The position numbers and the translations under genes are program-made. The notes below the pieces were generated by a model that was not told the origin of the DNA, did not search any database, and saw nothing but the letters and a program-made list of their open reading frames with translations. DNA of 32,000 bases from Candidatus Baldrarchaeota archaeon (lineage in GTDB: Archaea > Asgardarchaeota > Baldrarchaeia > Baldrarchaeales > DXJG01): the NCBI GenBank assembly GCA_019056805.1, contig DXJG01000002.1:343103-375102 (forward strand). Direction: 5' to 3'. Positions within the stretch are counted from its first letter, which is position 1. Each line of letters starts with the position of its first letter. Shown piece after piece: positions 27,044-32,000 of this stretch.

Positions 27044-28150
27044 ATGACTGTTCTCATGGACATGGATCCCGAACTTGCAAGAAGAAAACTAAAGAGAATA
27101 ATTGAAAAACTTAAAAAAATTAAAGGTAGGCATTCTTCTCTTACAACTGTGTATATTCCCCCAGATAAGAGCTTAGTTGATGTAATAAATTTCCTAAGAC
27201 AGGAATACATGACCGCCAGCAACATTAAAGACAAAACAAACAGAAAGATGGTTCAAGATAACATTTTAACTATGATAAATGAAATTCAAAAACTTAAAAA
27301 AATACCCGAGAATGGTGTTGCCCTTTTTTACGGATATTATGAGACTTCCCCTGGAAAATTTGAACAAGTAAAAGAGATAGTTGTTCCTCCATTTCCAATT
27401 AAAAATTTCATTTATATTTGTGGTAAGGACTTTGACCTTAAACCACTAGAAGAAATGACTACTCCCAAAAACATCATTGTTGTTGTTTTAATGGAAGCAG
27501 GAAACTACGTTATAGGAATAATTAGAGGTAAAGATATAGAGGTTCTAAAGGAAGGAGAATATTATGTCATTGGAAAGACAAGGCGTGGAGGTCAAAGTGC
27601 AAGACGATATGAACGCATTAGAGAAGAACAAATTCATAACTTCTATAAACATCTTGCTAAAGAGGTAAACGACCTTCTTTTACCGGAGTTAGAAAATATC
27701 GACGCTATCGTATTTGGTGGAAACACAATTAGGGTACAGGAATTTTTGGAGGAAAACCTTTTAGATTACCGATTAAGAGACAAAATCGTGACAAATATAA
27801 TTAGTGTACCAATAATTGATGGCGATGGAATATTTTTAGCTGCAAAAGAAGTTGCAGAAATAGTAAAAGAGTCGGAAATACATCGAGAAAAAAGACTCTG
27901 GGAAGAATTCAAAACTAGACTTATGAAAGACGATCCACTCGTAACCTATGGTAAAAACGAAGTCATAGAATGTCTTAAGCAAGGTAGAGTAGAAACCATC
28001 CTTATATCAGAAGCATTAGAAGATATTTTAGACGAAGTTATAGATCTAGCTGAAAAATACGGTACGAAAGTAGAAATTTTTGGAAAAAACACAGAATCTG
28101 GAAAAGAACTACTTGGCTTCGGCGGCATAGCTGCCATACTAAGATGGTAA
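27044..28150 (+). CDS. prf1: Peptide chain release factor aRF1
   Basis: SLTTVYIPP, TASNIKD, PENGVALF, YICGKDF (YxCxxxF), RGGQSARRYER, LLGFGGIAAILRW; GGGTGA SD. Confidence 0.95.
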   Translation: MTVLMDMDPELARRKLKRIIEKLKKIKGRHSSLTTVYIPPDKSLVDVINFLRQEYMTASNIKDKTNRKMVQDNILTMINEIQKLKKIPENGVALFYGYYETSPGKFEQVKEIVVPPFPIKNFIYICGKDFDLKPLEEMTTPKNIIVVVLMEAGNYVIGIIRGKDIEVLKEGEYYVIGKTRRGGQSARRYERIREEQIHNFYKHLAKEVNDLLLPELENIDAIVFGGNTIRVQEFLEENLLDYRLRDKIVTNIISVPIIDGDGIFLAAKEVAEIVKESEIHREKRLWEEFKTRLMKDDPLVTYGKNEVIECLKQGRVETILISEALEDILDEVIDLAEKYGTKVEIFGKNTESGKELLGFGGIAAILRW

Positions 28151-28554
28151 TCTCCCTGAATATCTTCGAAGACTATCCACAATATGGAATCTTCTAACCA
28201 TATTTTTAATTCATATTTACCTGATAAACTAGGTGGAATAACCCGAATTTCGAAAGAAAAACTTTTTTGATAAGTTTTTACCGCCCCATTGTCATCATAG
28301 TATTTGATGTAAAGTGTATTGTTCTTGCTCCATATTTCAAATCCCTCTGGAACAGTTACGTTTGAAGAATACGTCTTTGACGTGGTTAATACATAGCTTA
28401 TCCCTCTTTCAATTTCGCTAACCAATTCTTCACCACTATCTTGTAAGGTTAAACTCATGATATCCAAAGTTATATTCAACAAAGGTATACACAATGCTGT
28501 AACAAAAGATAAACTAATAGCCATTAACAACATTTTCTCAACCGAGACATTCAA
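27946..28554 (-). CDS. Small membrane-anchored/secreted, pilin-like protein; the last ~68 codons run antisense into aRF1
   Basis: TTG start with GGTGG SD, N-terminal hydrophobic helix (SVEKMLLMAISLSFVTALCIPLL), then a beta-rich segment. Confidence 0.55.
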   Translation of the reverse strand: MNVSVEKMLLMAISLSFVTALCIPLLNITLDIMSLTLQDSGEELVSEIERGISYVLTTSKTYSSNVTVPEGFEIWSKNNTLYIKYYDDNGAVKTYQKSFSFEIRVIPPSLSGKYELKIWLEDSILWIVFEDIQGDYHLSMAAMPPKPSSSFPDSVFFPKISTFVPYFSARSITSSKISSNASDIRMVSTLPCLRHSMTSFLP

Positions 28555-28712
28555 AGAAAGCCACCATTAATTTTGCTCATTATAAATTTCTAAGCAAAAT
28601 ACTTAAACCTCTAACAATCACTAACAACAAAGTGTTTCATTTAACCACATGTAAGTTGAATCTACAGACACCGGCAATTCAAAAACTTATAACTTCTTAG
28701 TAGTGATGAAAA

Positions 28713-29192
28713 ATGAAGGTAGGAATGTTGGGAAAACCTAAAAAAGCCCTGATAAAAGCTGTTTCAGCAGAAGGAGAAACCCCTCTAAACGCCTTTGATA
28801 ACTGCCTAATAAAAGCCGGAGTAGGAGACGTATCACTAGTCAAACTCACAAGCATTCTACCACCAGACATAGAATTCATCGAAAACATACCACAACTTCA
28901 CCCAGGTTCCAACGTACCAGCAATATATACAAGTATAACCTCAGAGAAAAGTGGTCAAAAAATAGCAGCCGCCATAGCGGTAGCAAGAACAAAAAACGGG
29001 CCAACCCTCGTTGCAGAATACTCCAACATTAATATCTCAGCAAGCAAAGCCGGAGAAGAAGCTTTAAAAAGAGTCACAGAAATGGCAAAAAACAGAAAAA
29101 AAGAAATAGAAGGAAAAATAATAATAAAATCAACCGAACACACCGTCAAAAAGTGCGGATGTGCACTAGCAATCGTAATAGAAATCGAATAA
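28713..29192 (+). CDS. pdaD: Pyruvoyl-dependent arginine decarboxylase
   Basis: GETPLNAFD.CL.KAGVG, autocleavage-site region KLT/SILPP, IAAAIAVA, AEY, C-terminal CALAIV. Confidence 0.85.
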   Translation: MKVGMLGKPKKALIKAVSAEGETPLNAFDNCLIKAGVGDVSLVKLTSILPPDIEFIENIPQLHPGSNVPAIYTSITSEKSGQKIAAAIAVARTKNGPTLVAEYSNINISASKAGEEALKRVTEMAKNRKKEIEGKIIIKSTEHTVKKCGCALAIVIEIE

Positions 29193-29247
29193 ACAAAACC
29201 TAATTTTAAATTATTTATCGTACTTTATTAATTTGAGGAGCAAAAGA

Positions 29248-30018
29248 ATGGAAATCCTAAAAGATGTTGAGATAGTTGATGGATACCCCGCATTATATCT
29301 CAAAAAGTTAGAAACTCTAGTTATAGCTGATCTACATCTAGGATTTGAATGGGCAATCGCCCAAGAAGGTATATTCATACCAACAACACAATACCAAGAA
29401 ATATTCAAAGATCTCCAACATCTATTAGAAGAAAAACAACCAGAACTACTAATCATTAATGGAGATCTAAAACATGAATTTAGCAAAGCAACGAGCCAAG
29501 AATGGAGGGAGGTAATAGATCTTCTAACATATCTCGACAAAAATGTCAAAAAAACAATAGTAATAAGAGGTAATCACGACAATTTCATAAGAGGATTCTT
29601 CAAACGCTACAACAACGTTGAGTTCGTAGAACCCTACCTTCAATTGGAAAACTACCTTTTAACACATGGTCACAAAGAAATAGAAGAAGATATACTCACA
29701 AGAGAAAAATACGACCTACTAATCATCGCACACGAACATCCAGCAATACTCTTAATCGACGACCTAGGAGCAAAAATAAAAACAAGAGCATTCCTACACG
29801 GGAAAACAAAACAAGAAAAAGAAATAATAGTATTACCAGCATTCTCACCACTAGCAACAGGAGTAGAAATAAACCTAACACCACAAGAAGAACTATTATC
29901 ACCAATTCTCAGAGAATATGTAGACATAATGCAACTAGAAGTATACGCTATAAGTAAAAAAACAGAGACACTAAAATTCCCCAAACTAGCACTATGGCAC
30001 AGTCTTACACACCTATAA
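29248..30018 (+). CDS. Calcineurin-like metallophosphoesterase (Lhr-associated MPE type)
   Basis: IADLHLGFE, NGDLKHEF, RGNHDN, THGH, AHEHPA, LPAFSPL. ATG 29248 with GAGGAG at 29235-29240. Confidence 0.9.
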   Translation: MEILKDVEIVDGYPALYLKKLETLVIADLHLGFEWAIAQEGIFIPTTQYQEIFKDLQHLLEEKQPELLIINGDLKHEFSKATSQEWREVIDLLTYLDKNVKKTIVIRGNHDNFIRGFFKRYNNVEFVEPYLQLENYLLTHGHKEIEEDILTREKYDLLIIAHEHPAILLIDDLGAKIKTRAFLHGKTKQEKEIIVLPAFSPLATGVEINLTPQEELLSPILREYVDIMQLEVYAISKKTETLKFPKLALWHSLTHL

Positions 30019-30086
30019 CCTCGATAACCCACAATAACACTACACATATAGCTCCTCATCTACAATTATCCATAGAGGAGACGTAA

Positions 30087-32000
30087 ATGGGTATCAAATA
30101 CGCCGAAAACCCTTGGAACGATGAAGAAATACTAAAAACGTTAAAACCCTACGTAGCAAAATGGTTCAAACAAACATTCGAAACATTCACCCCACCACAA
30201 AAATACGCAATCCCACTAATCCAAAAAGGAGAAAACACGCTCGTATTCAGCCCCACTGGTAGCGGAAAATGTATAACACCAGACCAAAAAGTCTTAGTAA
30301 AAATAGACGGGCTTGTATACCTATTAAAAGGCGAAGAACTGATACAAATGGCTAAAACCGAGGGAAAAACACTACAAAAAATAGATAATGGAATTCTATA
30401 CGAAATCCCTTCCCTTAAGGTATTTTCGTTAAAAGAAAATAAGATAGTTGAATCTCCAGCTTATATATACATCGAAGACTATAATGGAGAAATTATCGAA
30501 ATAGAAACAGAAGCTGGGAGAAAGATTAAAGTCACACCAAATCATCCGCTGTTAAAAGAGGACATCGACGGAACCTGGAGATGGACTCCAGCTGAGAAAT
30601 TGAAAGTCGGTGATAGAATAGCTGTAGCTAGAGAGATAAACTATAAATCTTCTATTAAAAAGCTTAAACTAAAAGAATCACTAAAAGCGTTGAAAACGAA
30701 GTTTAAAGAAGTCCTTACATACAAAGACTTTCTTAAACTTAGGAAAAGAATAGATCATGTTGGTTTTAAAAAGCTAAGTTTAGAAGAATTAAATCAAGTC
30801 AGAATCTTCTGCAAGTTAAAGTATACTAAAATAGCTAAGGAAACCGGTATTGGGCTAACTACAGTATGGAACTTCTTTAGAGGAAAAACCATTTATAAAA
30901 AGGACTTGATTTTAAAAATCCTAAGAGAAAACTTCCCTAACTCTGTAGAAGAAAATAGAATCTTCATTCTAGGAAGAAACGGCGATATAATAAGTTTTAA
31001 ATATCCTAAAAAGATAGATGAAAAACTTGTCAAGTGGGTCGCTTTCGTCTTAAGTGAAGGTCACATTCAAGCAAGTTCCCGCGATAATTTTATAGACTTC
31101 ATGATGGTTGCTCAAGCAAAAAACAAAAAATTATTAAAGGAGTTTCTATCCATCACCAAAGAGCTTTTCGATGTAGAATTTAGAAAAAAAGATGAAATAA
31201 ACTGGGTTTTGAACTCTAGAGCTTTCCTCGAATTCATCTCAGTGTATCTAGATCTACAGCCAAATAGCCGAGAAAGAAGGAAAAAAATGCCAGAGTGGAT
31301 ATTGAGCCTCGATAAACCCTTAATGCGCATTTTCCTTAGATGGTTCTTCACACTAGATGCGGAAGTAAGAGACCAAATAGTCCTCTTTCAAGCAAGCGAA
31401 GATATCATCGACAAAATTGCATATATGCTACTTAGATTTGGAATTTTCCCTAGCCTAAATGTAAAATATAAATTTGCTTCAAACACTACCGAGAAGAAAA
31501 AAAGAAAATACTATAGTGTCAGCATATTTGGCATAAGAAACCTAAGAAAATTCGATCAAGAAATTGGTTTAGAAAGAGAACCACCTGCTTCCTACATTAA
31601 TCTATTAAAAGCCAAACCAAGCGGTGAACATGTAGGAAAATTCCACTTAAATTTCAAGGAAATATCTGAAATTAGAAAGATACTTGGGTGTTCTTGGCAC
31701 GACGAATTTGAAAAAAGATATGGAAACATATACGAGGTTGTAAGAAGAACAGGAATGATAACCTTAGGTGCAACACAAAAACTACAGGAACTATTAAAAC
31801 AAGATCTTCAAAAACTAAGCTTTAACGGAAATATTAAACTAATAGATTCCTTAAGAAAAATCCTAGGCTCAGAAATCTTTTTCCTAAAAATAAAGAAAAT
31901 TACCAAAATTCATTACGAAGGTAAATTGCTGGATTTCACCGTACCAAAGCTAAGAAACTTTATTGGCGGCAAGGGCGCTGTAGTTCTCCATAATACTCTT
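30087..32000 (+). CDS. lhr: Lhr-family SF2 helicase, intein-containing, partial (continues past the window end)
   Basis: Hand translation is open from ATG 30087 (GAGGAG SD at 30075-30080) to base 32000: MGIKYAENPWNDEEILKTLKPYVAKWFKQTFETFTPPQKYAIPLIQKGENTLVFSPTGSGK-[intein]-TL. Q motif plus Walker A typical of archaeal Lhr. Missing from the ORF track because no stop lies in the window. Confidence 0.9.
   Translation, partial: MGIKYAENPWNDEEILKTLKPYVAKWFKQTFETFTPPQKYAIPLIQKGENTLVFSPTGSGKCITPDQKVLVKIDGLVYLLKGEELIQMAKTEGKTLQKIDNGILYEIPSLKVFSLKENKIVESPAYIYIEDYNGEIIEIETEAGRKIKVTPNHPLLKEDIDGTWRWTPAEKLKVGDRIAVAREINYKSSIKKLKLKESLKALKTKFKEVLTYKDFLKLRKRIDHVGFKKLSLEELNQVRIFCKLKYTKIAKETGIGLTTVWNFFRGKTIYKKDLILKILRENFPNSVEENRIFILGRNGDIISFKYPKKIDEKLVKWVAFVLSEGHIQASSRDNFIDFMMVAQAKNKKLLKEFLSITKELFDVEFRKKDEINWVLNSRAFLEFISVYLDLQPNSRERRKKMPEWILSLDKPLMRIFLRWFFTLDAEVRDQIVLFQASEDIIDKIAYMLLRFGIFPSLNVKYKFASNTTEKKKRKYYSVSIFGIRNLRKFDQEIGLEREPPASYINLLKAKPSGEHVGKFHLNFKEISEIRKILGCSWHDEFEKRYGNIYEVVRRTGMITLGATQKLQELLKQDLQKLSFNGNIKLIDSLRKILGSEIFFLKIKKITKIHYEGKLLDFTVPKLRNFIGGKGAVVLHNTL
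30270..31994 (+). mobile_element. Intein (575 aa) with LAGLIDADG homing endonuclease, inserted in the Lhr Walker A motif
   Basis: Block A CITPDQKV after GSGK; block B IKVTPNHPLL; block C LVKWVAFVLSEGH; block D KKMPEWIL; block E FLRWFFTLDAEV; block H ASEDIIDKIAYMLLRFGI; block F LLDFTVPKLRNF; block G VVLHN followed by Thr as +1 nucleophile. Confidence 0.95.

Noticed and set aside
27044-28150. Stop-codon reassignment implied by NIKD
   Set aside because: All three stops terminate recognisable genes here, and no conserved gene is interrupted by an in-frame stop.
29723-29905. Very hydrophobic 60-aa minus-strand ORF resembling a membrane peptide or toxin
   Set aside because: It is the antisense shadow of the A/C-rich MPE gene; a T/G-rich strand yields Leu/Val/Phe runs automatically.
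872-31351. The many short ORFs in the track lying antisense or out-of-frame within larger genes (e.g. 872-1426, 6272-6646, 16901-17290, 26103-26630, 31112-31351)
   Set aside because: Fully nested in well-supported CDS, Ser/Ile/Phe-rich shadow composition, no motifs or SD.
1-32000. CRISPR arrays, tRNA/rRNA genes, IS elements, provirus
   Set aside because: No regularly spaced repeats, GC-rich cloverleaf or rRNA-like tracts, transposase, integrase or capsid genes were seen by eye; small RNAs could be missed without a covariance-model search.

Overview
AT-rich, gene-dense archaeal chromosomal segment with about 28 CDS, GGTGA/GGAGG Shine-Dalgarno motifs and frequent TTG starts. I saw no rRNA, tRNA, CRISPR array or transposase. 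Housekeeping genes are argS, aRF1, pdaD, a HAD phosphatase, a THEP1-type NTPase, a GT4 glycosyltransferase and an MPE-Lhr pair. A longin-like protein and a Site-1-protease-like subtilase suggest a thermophilic Asgard-type archaeon (inference). Most notable: (1) a tightly coupled three-gene operon at 16854-22187 with a 1023-aa all-helical protein, a divergent tubulin/FtsZ/CetZ-superfamily GTPase and a ~300-aa helical protein; (2) two intact methionyl-tRNA synthetases of different sequence types in tandem; (3) a membrane-anchored S8 protease whose post-catalytic domains resemble eukaryotic SKI-1/S1P; (4) an Lhr helicase absent from the ORF track (runs off the window) carrying a complete 575-aa LAGLIDADG intein. 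All family calls come from motif recognition by eye; no database search was run.
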